A stretch of DNA of 64,000 nt from an uncultured Nitrososphaeraceae archaeon (GCA_963729045.1 CAVSMN010000008.1:1-64000); one strand, 5' to 3'; counted from the stretch's first letter, positions 46,267 to 57,620 are shown. Program-made: numbers and translations. Notes: generated from the letters alone by a model not told the origin.

Positions 46267-46641
46267 ATGTCTTCTTCTGCTCGTTCCATCATCGTAATTG
46301 ATGACGAGATAGAACTTGCATCTCTTTTTAAGACATTTTTAGAAAATGAGGGGTATGATGTTGTTTCTTTCACCGATCCTACATTGGCTCTAGAATATTT
46401 CAAGGAAACTTCTGATAAACATTCTTTGATAATAACTGACTTAAGAATGCCAGGTTTATGTGGAATCGATCTTGCAAAAAATATACGGAAAAGTAATAAT
46501 AATATCAAAATATTCCTGATGACCGCTTTTGAAACACACAGTTTACAAGATGATGAGGACTTTAAAACCGCAAGAATTGATAGACTAATTCAAAAACCCG
46601 TTCGTTTTTCTGATCTAAGGGAATGGATAAAAAATGCTTAA
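46267..46641 (+). CDS. Stand-alone response regulator receiver
   Basis: IVIDDE, IITDLRMPG, LMTAF, QKP. Confidence 0.9.
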   Translation: MSSSARSIIVIDDEIELASLFKTFLENEGYDVVSFTDPTLALEYFKETSDKHSLIITDLRMPGLCGIDLAKNIRKSNNNIKIFLMTAFETHSLQDDEDFKTARIDRLIQKPVRFSDLREWIKNA

Positions 46642-46729
46642 AAATTGATGATAGTTGGCTTTCTTAATCATTTTATACAGATTAATCGTAAAATATAATT
46701 AGTTTTGTAACATTTTATTAAAACACTTT

Positions 46730-47332
46730 TTATATCTTTATTGCGAACTCATGATGATCCAATAACTTTAGTTTTTGTTCTTCTGATAACTTATTAAAAT
46801 CTTTTTGATGATATAAACACACTCTCTTTAAATCTATATCATATTTTGAAGGCAAAGCCAACTCATAATTTACAAGATCCTCTTCACGATGTTTAAAAGG
46901 AAATGCGCCCGTATCAGTTAAAATCGAAACACCAGCCTTTCCCATTGTCTTGGCAGATTCTACTAAATTTTTATTGAAATTATTATCAGATTCTGGAGAA
47001 TCATGGTCTGAATATTTCTTTAATGAATCGACAATTATTAGTGATTTTTCTTCTTTTTCCCACTTTTCTATGTCTATTGATATCTCACCCTCCGATAGAG
47101 ACTTTCTGACAGAATCTTCAGTTTCATAAAATGGTGCTAGTTGAATAACTTCGTTTCTTTCCTCAACCCTTTTTTTTACATAATAAGAATAAAACTTTCT
47201 TAGTATATCCAAATTCGGATAAACAATTAACTTATGAGTCCAATCATTTGATTCTGATATAGTATCTGATGCATTTTCTAAATGCATTATTAATAATATC
47301 ATCCTCAAAGGACACTTCGTAATACCCACCAT
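46730..47332 (-). CDS. MEDS-like sensory domain protein
   Basis: HKLIVYPN, LVNYELAL, VCLYHQKDF...LLDHH pattern. Confidence 0.65.
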   Translation of the reverse strand: MVGITKCPLRMILLIMHLENASDTISESNDWTHKLIVYPNLDILRKFYSYYVKKRVEERNEVIQLAPFYETEDSVRKSLSEGEISIDIEKWEKEEKSLIIVDSLKKYSDHDSPESDNNFNKNLVESAKTMGKAGVSILTDTGAFPFKHREEDLVNYELALPSKYDIDLKRVCLYHQKDFNKLSEEQKLKLLDHHEFAIKI

Positions 47333-47657
47333 TGTTTATCGATAAAAGTTTAATACCTTGGGTTAATAACAGGTGGTCCCTCTCTTAACAAGTTAAGAAC
47401 AGTTACTATGACACGGCAAAATGCTGAGCCATAATAGGGACAGAAATGTTCAAAATGCAATTGTGATTTTGGCTCAAATGCAATAATGCCCTAATTCAAT
47501 AGACGCCAAAAGCATCTTGTGATGACCTATATTTTAAATTATAAAAGACAAAATTATAACTAGTGAATATAAACAAATTCCATTCTTTTCATACTAGCAA
47601 TTATCAAAAAGTTGATCATAGTTTATCTTTTAAAGATGAATTCATGATTTTACGGCA

Positions 47658-47676
47658 TGGGTTCGAGTCCCACTCC
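47658..47676 (+). repeat. 19-bp copy of tRNA-Ser(CGA) T-arm/3' sequence (att-like)
   Basis: TGGGTTCGAGTCCCACTCC is identical to 35669-35687. Confidence 0.8.
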
Positions 47677-47719
47677 AGGTTCACTTAGTATTTCAGACGA
47701 CTATCCATATTCCGAAGTA

Positions 47720-47832
47720 TAAACCCATGACTACCTGGCATGTAAACAAATCCCATCACCTCCTTAAATTAATAAGTTTATTAGTTGGATCCGCGATTAT
47801 ACGGTAAGGATTCGAGTCCCAAAACTTCATCT
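47720..47832 (+). repeat. Family A intergenic repeat (~110 bp), copy 1
   Basis: AAACCCATGACTACCTGGCATG..ACAAATCC....AAGGATTCGAGTCCCAAAACTTCATCT; aligns with 52001-52113. Confidence 0.75.
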
Positions 47833-47940
47833 ACTTAATTTTTCGGTGTATTTTTTGTGTTAATGATTTATTCATGTAGCTTTCTCTTTCAATTTAACAG
47901 ATAAATAATTTGTAATTTATTCATAGATGATAACGGCTTC

Positions 47941-48129
47941 ATGAAAATGGTAAAAGCAAATGACGTCCATATTGAAGTAGCGTCATTAGAAGATATAAAA
48001 GAAATATTTACCGGATACAAAAGTATTAAAAATATTTACCTGTACCAAAAACATGGTTATCATGAATTTAAAAGACTGTCCTTAGATGATTCGCCTGTAA
48101 TGATATTTTTGGAGAAAAATGTAAGCTAG
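47941..48129 (+). pseudogene. Internally deleted GNAT acetyltransferase fragment
   Basis: FTGYKSIKNIYLYQKHGY resembles a GNAT C-terminal motif; only 62 aa. Confidence 0.55.
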
Positions 48130-48131
48130 AA

Positions 48132-49643
48132 ATGAAAAAATCATCTTTTTCGTCTTGGAAGCTCCTTTTGATTTTGAGCTCTATCTCCATTTTGGTAATG
48201 TATGTAGAAACAATGTTATTACCTGCAATCCCAGACATCATTAGAGAGTTTAATATTTCTTATAGTATGTCCTCTTGGATATTTGCATCATTTGTAATAT
48301 CTGCATTGATTTCTACAACCATAGTGTCAAAGCTATCCGATTTGTACGGACGGAAACTTATTCTTTTGACAGTATTAGTAATTTATACAGTGGGAATTCT
48401 TGGTGGTTCTTTAGCTAATGATATTTTTTGGTTAATCTTTTTCCGTATAATACAAGGTATTGGGATGTCTGTATTTCCCCTAGTTTTTGCAATTATCCAA
48501 ATTGAAATTCCAAAAGACAAAATAGCTATAAGTCAAGGAACACTGGCATCTATGTTTGCTTTCGGAGGAGTATTAGGATTAATGATTGGGGGAAATATTA
48601 CACATAATTTTGGATGGCACATGACCTTCTTATCTATACTTCCGTTTACAATTATTGTAACCATCGTGATAAAGTATTTTGTCAAAATAAAAGATAAATC
48701 TCCCGTTGTGAAGGAAGCCAACAAATGGGAGTTATCTAATGATATTACAAATCTCAGCTCAAATCATAGGTATACAAAATCCCATAAAGTAGTTTCAAAT
48801 TTTGATATTAAAGGAACCATCACCCTTGCTGTTACTATCATATCATTTATTTCAGCACTAACATTGGTTCAATCAGAAAATAATGAAAGTGTGAAATCAG
48901 GTATATCAATTTCGACCTTATTGTTCGCATTGAGCGGTGTATCACTGTTTGTTTTCATATTGCTCGAACGAAAAGTATCTGTTCCTCTAATTAATCTTCA
49001 ATTGCTAAAATTAAAACCGATATTTCTAACAAACATCATCATACTTATCTGGGGAATAGCTACATTTACCATTTTTCAAACTATACCAGTGCTTGTGAGG
49101 ACTCCTCAGCCAATAGGTTTTGGGGGAAGTGCTTTAGATGTTGTCTACCTAACACTTCCATTTTCCATCATGTCATTGATATTTGGACCTACATCTGGTT
49201 TCATAATATCAAAAATTGGATCATTTAGGGTAATTATAGCAGGATCAATAATAGCAACGATTGGATTTGGCAGTATTTTATTACTTTATAATAACCTTGT
49301 ATGGACCGCGATAAGTCTCGCAATAATAGGTTCGGGATTATCTTTGTTAAATGTAGGTCAAATAAACATAAACACTGCTTCTACACCCATCAAATTCATA
49401 GGGATATCTTTTGGAGTAAATACATTATTTAGATTTATAGGCTCTGCTATAGGACCAGCTCTTGCAGGAATGTTAATGCAAATAAATCAAACACCTTTAA
49501 AAGTAGATGTTGCCACCAATATGACTAATTTTCCCTCATCTAATTCATTTATGCAAATATTTCTTTGTATGACGCTGTTGTGTATTATTTCCGTGATACT
49601 ATCTATTATGCTAAAAAAAGATGAATCTAAAGAAAGAGCTTAA
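48132..49643 (+). CDS. MFS transporter (DHA2/EmrB-like, 14 TM)
   Basis: KLSDLYGRK, FRIIQGIG, FDIKG, multiple TM helices. Confidence 0.9.
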   Translation: MKKSSFSSWKLLLILSSISILVMYVETMLLPAIPDIIREFNISYSMSSWIFASFVISALISTTIVSKLSDLYGRKLILLTVLVIYTVGILGGSLANDIFWLIFFRIIQGIGMSVFPLVFAIIQIEIPKDKIAISQGTLASMFAFGGVLGLMIGGNITHNFGWHMTFLSILPFTIIVTIVIKYFVKIKDKSPVVKEANKWELSNDITNLSSNHRYTKSHKVVSNFDIKGTITLAVTIISFISALTLVQSENNESVKSGISISTLLFALSGVSLFVFILLERKVSVPLINLQLLKLKPIFLTNIIILIWGIATFTIFQTIPVLVRTPQPIGFGGSALDVVYLTLPFSIMSLIFGPTSGFIISKIGSFRVIIAGSIIATIGFGSILLLYNNLVWTAISLAIIGSGLSLLNVGQININTASTPIKFIGISFGVNTLFRFIGSAIGPALAGMLMQINQTPLKVDVATNMTNFPSSNSFMQIFLCMTLLCIISVILSIMLKKDESKERA

Positions 49644-49748
49644 CAAAGAGGGTTGTCATAAGAGATGAACAATTCTAGGCGGAAAAATCAAGATTCACTG
49701 TTTCAAATGTATATGGAAGTAGCTAAATTAGCATATGGAAATCAATGG

Positions 49749-49857
49749 AAACCCGTGAAATCAAGAGACGAGTTCAAATTCCATTCCCTCCATTTGATGG
49801 GTTGTTTAACAGAAATAGATTCCCTGTTTTTATATCAGAGTTTCGAATTCCTCTCTT
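49749..49857 (+). repeat. Family A intergenic repeat, copy 2 (degenerate)
   Basis: Shares TAGATTCCCTGTTTTTATA (49816-49834) exactly with 52066-52084; also GAAACCCG...CAAATTCC and TTCGAATTCC. Confidence 0.65.
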
Positions 49858-50101
49858 GGTTACGAAGTTTTCCTAATTAATACGCAAATCCGCTTAAAGG
49901 CTACACTTTAAACCAAATATTACAATTGGGCGCCGCATTGGTTGCTGTTCTTTTTATGATCATCCATAAATTGAAACAAGTTAGTCAGGCTAGTGAGGTT
50001 ACAAGAAGGAGCATAGCGGGTTCAGACCCGAAACCTCGCATATTTAATGTGCTTAAAACATGCGAATTGTTGACAAAAACCTTATCTATGTATGATTTTA
50101 T

Positions 50102-51331
50102 TTGGAGTATAAAGGGTTACTCAATACGGACTTGCAATCACAAAAATACTCATTCATAGCTTTTGCTTCAGCTAGTATTATTTTTGTGTTGTTATTGATA
50201 TTAAACCCCTGTTCGCCCTTTCATGAGGCTTTTGCTGCACCGCCTGCGTTTGATCAAGTCTTAATTTATGATAAAAATATCAGCGATCAGAAAAACGACT
50301 GGGTTCAAACCTATGGTAATGATAGTGCTAATTTAAGGTCCGACCCTGCAGACCTACTGGCAGTGGATTATTTTAGTGATGGAAAAACTCTAGATACTAC
50401 ATTTTGGGTGAAATCAAATTCGGAAAATGCTTCTGTATACGATCAACCTTTCAAAAAGATTAGGTATGGTGTGCTTATTGCCATTGTTTCCTTGCCTCAA
50501 AATTCAGGATATAACGGAGCCAATTTCAACTATTATGTTGAAGCAGCTAATGGAAAATGGAGTGAATATCTTTACCAGTTATCATCAACAGGTACTTCTG
50601 CGCTTATAGAATCCAAGATAAACTATACTGAACCTTTCGATAATCCCAAAATAGGGCCAGGATATGTCAAACTGCTATTGAACCTGGATTCTATAAATTC
50701 CCCAAGCAATTACGGCTTATCTTTTTATACAGCAGAATCCTTCAAGTCAAGCGAAGTCAGGGATTTCACAAGCTGGGTTGCTGTTCCTCCACCTGTCATA
50801 GACATATTAACACATCCCGAGAGTATAGTCATAAGACAAGGAGAAAAGAAAATAGTACCGACTGAGATAGAGACACCCCTCTCTAGTAATGTTACTAGTA
50901 TAACTTTTGAACATGGCACTAATTTCAGCTCTAACGGCTTAAGTGTATCTGCCCAAAGAATCCAGCCCCCATTATTTGAGGTAGAGGTTTCTCCACAATC
51001 ACCAGTAGGTGTGTATACTGTACCTTTTGAGGCTTCAATGTTAGTACAAACAACATCGTCGACAGCGCCTATGTTTAATGAAACAGTAACTGGAATTGTG
51101 GACCCAGAGTTTCAAGTGTCCAAAAAGTATCCAACTACCGGCGATATAATAGGTAAAGGTAATTTAACAATAGAGGTACTACCGCCACTAACTGTTAATG
51201 AGGGATTTATGGCCTTTTGGAATACATACGGGACTGCAATAGTGATTCTCGGCAGTGGGGCAGCTGGAGTCTTTGCGACATTTTTTATTGATTATATGAA
51301 AAGTCTGAAAAGCAAAAGGAAACACAAATAG
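50102..51331 (+). CDS. Exported protein with C-terminal membrane anchor
   Basis: Signal peptide ending EAFA; beta-rich body; C-terminal TM followed by KSKRKHK. Confidence 0.75.
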   Translation: MEYKGLLNTDLQSQKYSFIAFASASIIFVLLLILNPCSPFHEAFAAPPAFDQVLIYDKNISDQKNDWVQTYGNDSANLRSDPADLLAVDYFSDGKTLDTTFWVKSNSENASVYDQPFKKIRYGVLIAIVSLPQNSGYNGANFNYYVEAANGKWSEYLYQLSSTGTSALIESKINYTEPFDNPKIGPGYVKLLLNLDSINSPSNYGLSFYTAESFKSSEVRDFTSWVAVPPPVIDILTHPESIVIRQGEKKIVPTEIETPLSSNVTSITFEHGTNFSSNGLSVSAQRIQPPLFEVEVSPQSPVGVYTVPFEASMLVQTTSSTAPMFNETVTGIVDPEFQVSKKYPTTGDIIGKGNLTIEVLPPLTVNEGFMAFWNTYGTAIVILGSGAAGVFATFFIDYMKSLKSKRKHK

Positions 51332-51382
51332 ACACAAATCCATTAGTAACCTAACTCGAGGGGACCATAATATCTGGATGAT

Positions 51383-51955
51383 TTGCTGAATGCAACCTTA
51401 TGTTTAAGGTCGATTGGAATAACCCTCTTTCCTTCCTTGGACAAGAATCTGAAGAGCCAAGTACATTATTTTGGATTTAATTTGTTTTCTGTTTTCTTTC
51501 GTGCTCCTGATGGTCACCTTACAGAATATTTGGACATGCTAAATGAAGAGCCAAAGCCCTTCTCTTGGGAATAGTAGTGTCTATGAATATTTATTTGATA
51601 AAAAATTTAAACCTGAAAATAGGTAAATCATTGATTTCAGGTTCATTTTTAGGAATTGTAACTAGCACTTGTGTTAGTTGTTCATCTATTGGGTTTATAA
51701 CCATTTCAACCTTCGGTGGAGCAGGTAGAGTGGCTACAGCGTTTCTTACAAATTATCAAATACCATTACGATTACTCTCCATCGGTATAATGATTGGTTC
51801 AGGTTTCCTTATTGGAATATATATCGTATCAAGAACTATAGGAATTCCTCAAATAGGGATAGAACGTGTTGGTCCATTCGATCTAATTACCAATTTATTT
51901 TAAGTGGGAATAGTCGCAAGTTCTTTGTATCTTATTAAGGTCAAAAGACAATGAA
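51383..51955 (+). pseudogene. Decayed membrane protein
   Basis: Fragments including STCVSCSSIG...LRLLS; interrupted frames. Confidence 0.45.
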
Positions 51956-52000
51956 CAACCTGTCAAAATTAAGGTTTATGATAGTTTATGATTATGATAT

Positions 52001-52113
52001 GAACCCACGACTACCTGACATGACAAATCCAATTCTTTCTCATTTCTAATCTAGCCTTCAATAATTAGATTCCCTGTTTTTATAGCAAGGCTTCGAGTCC
52101 CCCAACTTCGTCT
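52001..52113 (+). repeat. Family A intergenic repeat, copy 3
   Basis: GAACCCACGACTACCTGACATGACAAATCC...TAGATTCCCTGTTTTTATAGCAAGGCTTCGAGTCCCCCAACTTCGTCT. Confidence 0.75.
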
Positions 52114-52352
52114 GGTTTTGTATTGTTCAACTTATCAAGTTCTTGTTTCTTAAGAAAAAAATTTACTCTACTTAGGTATAACAGATCGAATGTAATTATC
52201 CCACTTTTTACATTGGATCGGACTTATATATCTAAGAATCATGTACCCTGTAGATATCGTATAGATATAAGATAGATAGTAAAAAAGAAGTTCATTTTTC
52301 TGCTAAAAAACTTGCAACTGATGAAATAGTTTGGTATACTATTTTCTAATAT

Positions 52353-52799
52353 ATGAGACTTGGATCAACTGTATTGGCTGTTGCTTTGGTACTATTTGGT
52401 CTCTTGGCTATATACAGTTTATCGATATCAGATTTGTTATCCAAGGTTAATTCCTTTGTTTATAACGATCATGAAAAACCCGAAATACACTACTATGCAG
52501 ATAGAATGTCTACCGCCCAGGAACCATTAGATAATACTCTGGTAGAAATCGTAAAGAGTTTTAAGAATTCTTCGGGATTTTACAAAATAAATGGAACTTT
52601 AGAAAATCAAGGTGCAATAATTCTTTCAGATATCCAAGTTATAAAATATTATAAAGTTCCTTCAGTGAATGATACTACTTTGATATGCTATGAGCAAAAT
52701 ATTGTAAATTGCCAGTACAAGTTAAATGATCCTCAGTTACCTTCCAAAGGTTTTTTCTTAATGATGCCGCCAGCACCACCAGAAATAAACATCAATTAG
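52353..52799 (+). CDS. Hypothetical exported protein
   Basis: N-terminal TM; INGTLENQG motif. Confidence 0.6.
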   Translation: MRLGSTVLAVALVLFGLLAIYSLSISDLLSKVNSFVYNDHEKPEIHYYADRMSTAQEPLDNTLVEIVKSFKNSSGFYKINGTLENQGAIILSDIQVIKYYKVPSVNDTTLICYEQNIVNCQYKLNDPQLPSKGFFLMMPPAPPEININ

Positions 52800-52892
52800 A
52801 CTTGATGACTTTATCATTTCATAAAAAAATGAGATCGTATGCTTTATAGATTAACATATCTATCTTAAAGTCTAATAAATATGCTAGATTAG

Positions 52893-53222
52893 TTGCCTAA
52901 TCCTCCTCATACACAATCACAATTCCTTTATCTAACGACTAAAGGATGGAAATCAGGAAAATTACATAAAATAGAAATTTGGTTTGTTGAGCAAAATAAG
53001 AAATATTATGTTTTATCAGAGTATAAAAAGAAAGTACACTGGGTTCAGAATATCCTTCACGATCCTACCATATCTTTTCATGTAGATAATCAATCATTCC
53101 ACGGTTATGGACGGGTAATTGAAGATGCTGTAGAGACAGATTTGATTAATAGAATTTCACAGATGATGGATAAGAAATACGGATGGAGCGATGGATTAAT
53201 AGTGGAATTATGTTCTTCATGA
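52893..53222 (+). CDS. Deazaflavin (F420)-dependent nitroreductase-like protein
   Basis: LYLTTKGWKSGKLH, HWVQNILHDP. Confidence 0.7.
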   Translation: MPNPPHTQSQFLYLTTKGWKSGKLHKIEIWFVEQNKKYYVLSEYKKKVHWVQNILHDPTISFHVDNQSFHGYGRVIEDAVETDLINRISQMMDKKYGWSDGLIVELCSS

Positions 53223-53451
53223 GTTAAATACAATATATACATATTGACATAATCTTTTTTCAACCATAGTTCAAAATATTTAGAATTTATTAACTAGAAC
53301 CAAAGTATTTGAATGGAGATTCTCATTAAGAACTTCGATCATGGTAACGAAAAAAATCTTTTCTTCTTTATTTTATCTAACAGAATATCTAGTATTCTTA
53401 ATGTAATTGCTATAAAAAGATTTATAATTTCATCAAGTCTAAGTCAGGCTA

Positions 53452-55160
53452 TTGTATATTGTTTCTAAAACGATACAATTCTTTTCAATCATTGTAATTT
53501 TGTCAGTTTCTTTGGTTTCTCTTTTCCCCCTGACAACTTCATACCTCGAAGGATCCGATTCATGGAATACAGGCTTTGCTTTTGCTCAACTTACTAATAA
53601 CAATATTATCCAGATTGTAAGCACTTCTACCTTTACAGATGACTTTGGTAATTTTCATGTTATAGGTGAGGTAAATAACACATCAATAGACCCCCAAACA
53701 AATATCATAATTACTGCACTTTTATCTGATACAAACAACAATGTTTTAGTTGGAAATCACTCTGCATTCTCGTCAATATCGAACTCTTAGACAAACCGAA
53801 CTATCTCCATTTGATATAGTAATACAGGATCCTCAGATATTAGGCAAGTTTAACTTTATGGAATTTTCTACTACTTCGCAACCTGCAATAGAGAAACCAG
53901 CAAACCTTGTATTAAATGGAACAAGTGCCTTTTTAGACAATATTGGAAACCCTCACATCACTGGTAATATAATCAACCAAGGACAGTCACCTGAACAATT
54001 CTTAAATCTAGTTGCAACATTCTATGATAATTCAAGTCTAGGAGTTGTAGGGACTCAAAGTTTTGGCCTAAATGTTGGCAACTTATCTCAAAATCAGATG
54101 ACACCATTTGATATCACTATCTTAGATAACAAGACAAAATCTCAAGGCAAGTTCTATTCCCTAAACATGGATTCTACTCAAAGTTCAATGAGCTTTTCCA
54201 ACCAATACAAAGTTTCTTTTTAATAATGATGGTTTTGGGGGTGAGAATGGTACAGATTCATTGATAGTGGTGGATTATTTGTCTACAACTCCCACTACCG
54301 TTTAAGTGATAATCAGGGGATAGTAAACGATGACACTGGCCAATCATACTCATGGATCTAGTAATGGTAATTCTGGTAGCATCGTCAGGAAATGACTTAG
54401 AAATAAGACATTGATGAGCAGAAACTTATAAGTCGGATATCAATGACCTATAATGACTTTGATGGTGACAATAGATGGCAGGAGGATTGTGAAGTCTATG
54501 AGGGTGATTTGATAATAAAGGACGTTTAGCAAGGTGAGTGAACATTAAATGTGTAAATATTCAGATGGAAACAATTGTGACGGTTGGAATCAACGACTTT
54601 TAAAGTAATTAAGAATCTTGATGAACTGATGGCACGGCAAGTCAGGACAGTGCAAGATACGGAAGATAATAACACACATTGATAATGACAACCAGGAAAA
54701 AGTGATGATTTGGACTGTGGAGACATCGGGGATACAAATATCCCAGTTGGCAGCGATGACCCGAATAATCTTGACGCTGATGGTGACGGGATAGGATGCG
54801 GAAAAATGCGAGTGATACCCAAACAATAATGATGAGAATATACAACAATGAAAACACAGCGATGAAAGTAATCCATGTACAGGATCGGAGAAGCTAATAG
54901 TATCGGATTCTACAAGTAATGGAGACAATGATGCAAATGATGACTGGAACGATCAGAAAATAGATGAAGTGACCTCAGTGAATACGAGCGACAAGTGAGG
55001 AACGGTGAGGACTAATGCTGACGGCAAAAGGATGTAAATGAAAGCGAGAACATAATGATAATGAAGGTATCGAAGACAGAATCACAATTCTGAGGAATCA
55101 GATAACAAGAAGCAATGATAGTGACGATGAACCAGAAAGTGAAGAAAACGACAATTAAAC
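53452..55160 (+). pseudogene. Secreted FxLYD-type domain protein with Excalibur-like Ca-binding repeats and acidic tail, heavily frameshifted
   Basis: HVIGEVNN, HITGNIIN..VATFYD; at ~54703-54803 DDLDCGDIGDTNIPVGSDDPNNLDADGDGIGC; a degraded second copy near 54440-54495; D/E/N-rich end. Confidence 0.6.
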
Positions 55161-55246
55161 TGGATAATAACCGAGTTTAAGGGATGCCCAAGGAATCCCA
55201 TCGTCATGGTCTATTAGTTATTGTATCCTCAGCAATGCAATCGATA

Positions 55247-55286
55247 ATTATAGTCAAATTTGAACCATATCCCCACGCGCCCAAAC
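55247..55286 (+). repeat. Family B intergenic repeat
   Basis: ATTATAGTCAAATTTGAACCATATCCCCACGCGCCCAAAC aligns with 59926-59965. Confidence 0.7.
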
Positions 55287-55456
55287 TCAGTGATCTCTGA
55301 AATGGTAAATATACAATGACTCGATTGGGTTCGCGTTACATTTGTGTCGGACAAATGAACTGTTAAATTTCTTTCTACTTGACTATTATTTTTTCAAAAT
55401 CAAATCTTTATTTGCTCCGGAAAATTATATTTAAATCAAGAATAACAATAGGATAT

Positions 55457-55846
55457 ATGGCTCTTTCTGAATCATTTGTAAACCAGCATGTGAAAAATTG
55501 GATTGATGGCTGGAATAACCACGATATAAAAACAGTATTATCTATGTATTCGGAAAATATTGAATTCTCTAGCCCTAAAGTCAAAGTTGTATTTCCAGAT
55601 CGCACCTCATCAAAAATATCTAACCAAAAAGAATTAGAGGAATATTGGTCAAAAGCCTTGAAAAATAACTTTCCTTCACTGAATTTTACGCCCAAAGAAG
55701 TATTGATACAAGAAAACAAGATTCTACTTGAATACTATGCAACATTGGATGGTAAACATAGAACATCTGTTATTGAGAAATTTGAATTTCAAGATGGATT
55801 GATTACAAAGTCCAGTGTATTTTATGGTTCTGAGGAAACTATTTGA
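55457..55846 (+). CDS. SnoaL-like / NTF2 family protein
   Basis: WIDGWNNHDIKTVLSMYSENIEFSSP...YWSKAL; ATG at 55457. Confidence 0.82.
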   Translation: MALSESFVNQHVKNWIDGWNNHDIKTVLSMYSENIEFSSPKVKVVFPDRTSSKISNQKELEEYWSKALKNNFPSLNFTPKEVLIQENKILLEYYATLDGKHRTSVIEKFEFQDGLITKSSVFYGSEETI

Positions 55847-55947
55847 TGGTGTAACAATACAATCAAATCCTAATATGTCTCAATTAGATGATTCACCACA
55901 AGCGTCAGGTTTAAAGTTAAAAAATAACTCAGCCTGACAATAGAATA

Positions 55948-56709
55948 TCAACTATCGATACTTCCTACCCTGAGGTTTAGATCCCATTTTACTAGTTTTA
56001 TTTCATCATCCTTTCCCCACAAATTCTTCAAATCTTCTTTGACTACACTCAATGGGTCGCATTTATTTTCCGCATAGAATCTTTTTACTGCTGACCACGT
56101 TTGCATGTAATCAAAAAGATTATTAAGATTCCAGTCTACTTTTATCTCAAATTTGGGAACCTCAATTTCCTTAAAAGGGAACGGTATTGTTTTGTATTCT
56201 TCTTTTACAAATTTGACTTCTTTTGGCCAATAGTTTCCGAGAATATCTCCGCCAACATTGAGTCTTTCACTTATTTTGTCAATTTCAGGGCTAATTTTTT
56301 GCATTCCATAGGCCCATACTGCTATTATTCCACTACTTCGGCTTACTCGTCTGGCTTCTCGATAAAACATCTCAAAGTCAAACCAGTGAACTGCCATCGC
56401 TACAGTGATTAGGTTAACAGAGTTGTTTTGGATATTGGGTTTCTCTGCAGGAAACACCTCATAGTTGATGTTGTCCCGATCAAATGCGTTATCAATTTGA
56501 TTCTTGCTTGCATCGCTTGCTATCACCTTTTTAAAGTATTTGCAAAGGCTTATGGCGGCCTGTCCGTTTCCTGTCGCACAATCCCAAGCCAGATCCTTAA
56601 CAGGAGTAATCTCATTTAGAAATTTAAAAAGATCCTCTGGATATTTTGGTCTAGCATAAGAATATTCTCTGGATTTTGAGGAAAAATGGTTGACAGTACC
56701 TGGTGTCAT
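55948..56709 (-). CDS. Class I SAM-dependent methyltransferase
   Basis: YSYARPKYP, AWDCATGNGQA, ITVAMAVHWFD. Confidence 0.9.
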   Translation of the reverse strand: MTPGTVNHFSSKSREYSYARPKYPEDLFKFLNEITPVKDLAWDCATGNGQAAISLCKYFKKVIASDASKNQIDNAFDRDNINYEVFPAEKPNIQNNSVNLITVAMAVHWFDFEMFYREARRVSRSSGIIAVWAYGMQKISPEIDKISERLNVGGDILGNYWPKEVKFVKEEYKTIPFPFKEIEVPKFEIKVDWNLNNLFDYMQTWSAVKRFYAENKCDPLSVVKEDLKNLWGKDDEIKLVKWDLNLRVGSIDS

Positions 56710-57073
56710 GCATTTAATTTATTTTATTTATCAAAAAACCTTTTTGTCTAGGATTGATCATTGTGAAATAGATTCCTTTGATATTTATCCTCCATAATTT
56801 TCAATAAATAACCGTCCGAATCGTCCAATCGTCCTATAATACTTGACACAGTAAAGAAATGAGCACAATTGTGCTAAATAACCGAATATTTGCAATTGAC
56901 GATACTATTGAGTTTCCAGATAACCGTCAATGATTTAATGGTGCCGGATTAGACAAGAGGCGCTCTGTATTGAAATTTGATGTATGTTGCTTTCTCTTAA
57001 ATCATTAGATCTTTGTAATGGTTGACTTTGATTTTGTTTACATATGAATGTACCGGCCATCACTTTTAACGTT

Positions 57074-57118
57074 GATTATATTCAACCTTGAATCACATCC
57101 CCACGGATGTATTTAGCA
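57074..57118 (+). repeat. Family B intergenic repeat
   Basis: GATTATATTCAACCTTGAATCACATCCCCACGGATGTATTTAGCA. Confidence 0.8.
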
Positions 57119-57134
57119 TTATGTGAAGAGAAAC

Positions 57135-57620
57135 TTAATCAAAAATGAATCTCCAGTTATAATTACTTTCTAACAAATGAACTATAACTGGATCAAACTG
57201 TATAGACTTTTTAAAATCCTCCATCGTGGATGTTCCTAGTTCTCTGAAAAAGTTTTCCAATCCTGCAGGAGTGTATGTTACAAGTAGTTTGCCCTGATCA
57301 TTTCCAATTTTTCTATAAGAATGACTTTTATCTTTTTCAAATCTTAACACCGTATCCTTATTTCCTTCTAGAGTTTCTTTTCCGTATCTAAAGGAAAAAT
57401 TGCCTTCAATCACGTGCATTACCAATGCTTCGTTTCCGTGCTTGTGTAAAGGTACTTCTGACTCTTCACCTGGAGGAAAGGTAATTTCAATTATCGAATA
57501 TTTATTTTGAGTCTGATTTCCAGATACAAGAATTTTATAAATTATTCCATTTAGAATATATTGTTCAATCGATTTGTAGTCTTGGGAAAAGACTTCATTA
57601 TCCTTTTCATCGCTCATCAT
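57135..57620 (-). CDS. Cupin domain protein
   Basis: PLHKH..E..HVIEG...HSY; TPAGLENFF. Confidence 0.85.
   Translation of the reverse strand: MMSDEKDNEVFSQDYKSIEQYILNGIIYKILVSGNQTQNKYSIIEITFPPGEESEVPLHKHGNEALVMHVIEGNFSFRYGKETLEGNKDTVLRFEKDKSHSYRKIGNDQGKLLVTYTPAGLENFFRELGTSTMEDFKKSIQFDPVIVHLLESNYNWRFIFD

Noticed and set aside
47658..47680. Additional tRNA gene or split-tRNA half
   Set aside because: Only T-arm sequence; no complete acceptor 3' strand, anticodon arm or complementary leader. Treated as an att-like scar.
49665..49880. 71-aa ORF as a real gene
   Set aside because: It overlaps a family A repeat copy and has no recognisable protein features.
50016..50038. GCGGGTTCAGACCCG as another tRNA T-arm copy
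   Set aside because: Too short and diverged from the TTCGAGTCCC core, and it lacks family A flanks.
54526..54928. Three overlapping minus-strand ORFs
   Set aside because: Antisense shadows of the acidic plus-strand coding remnant.
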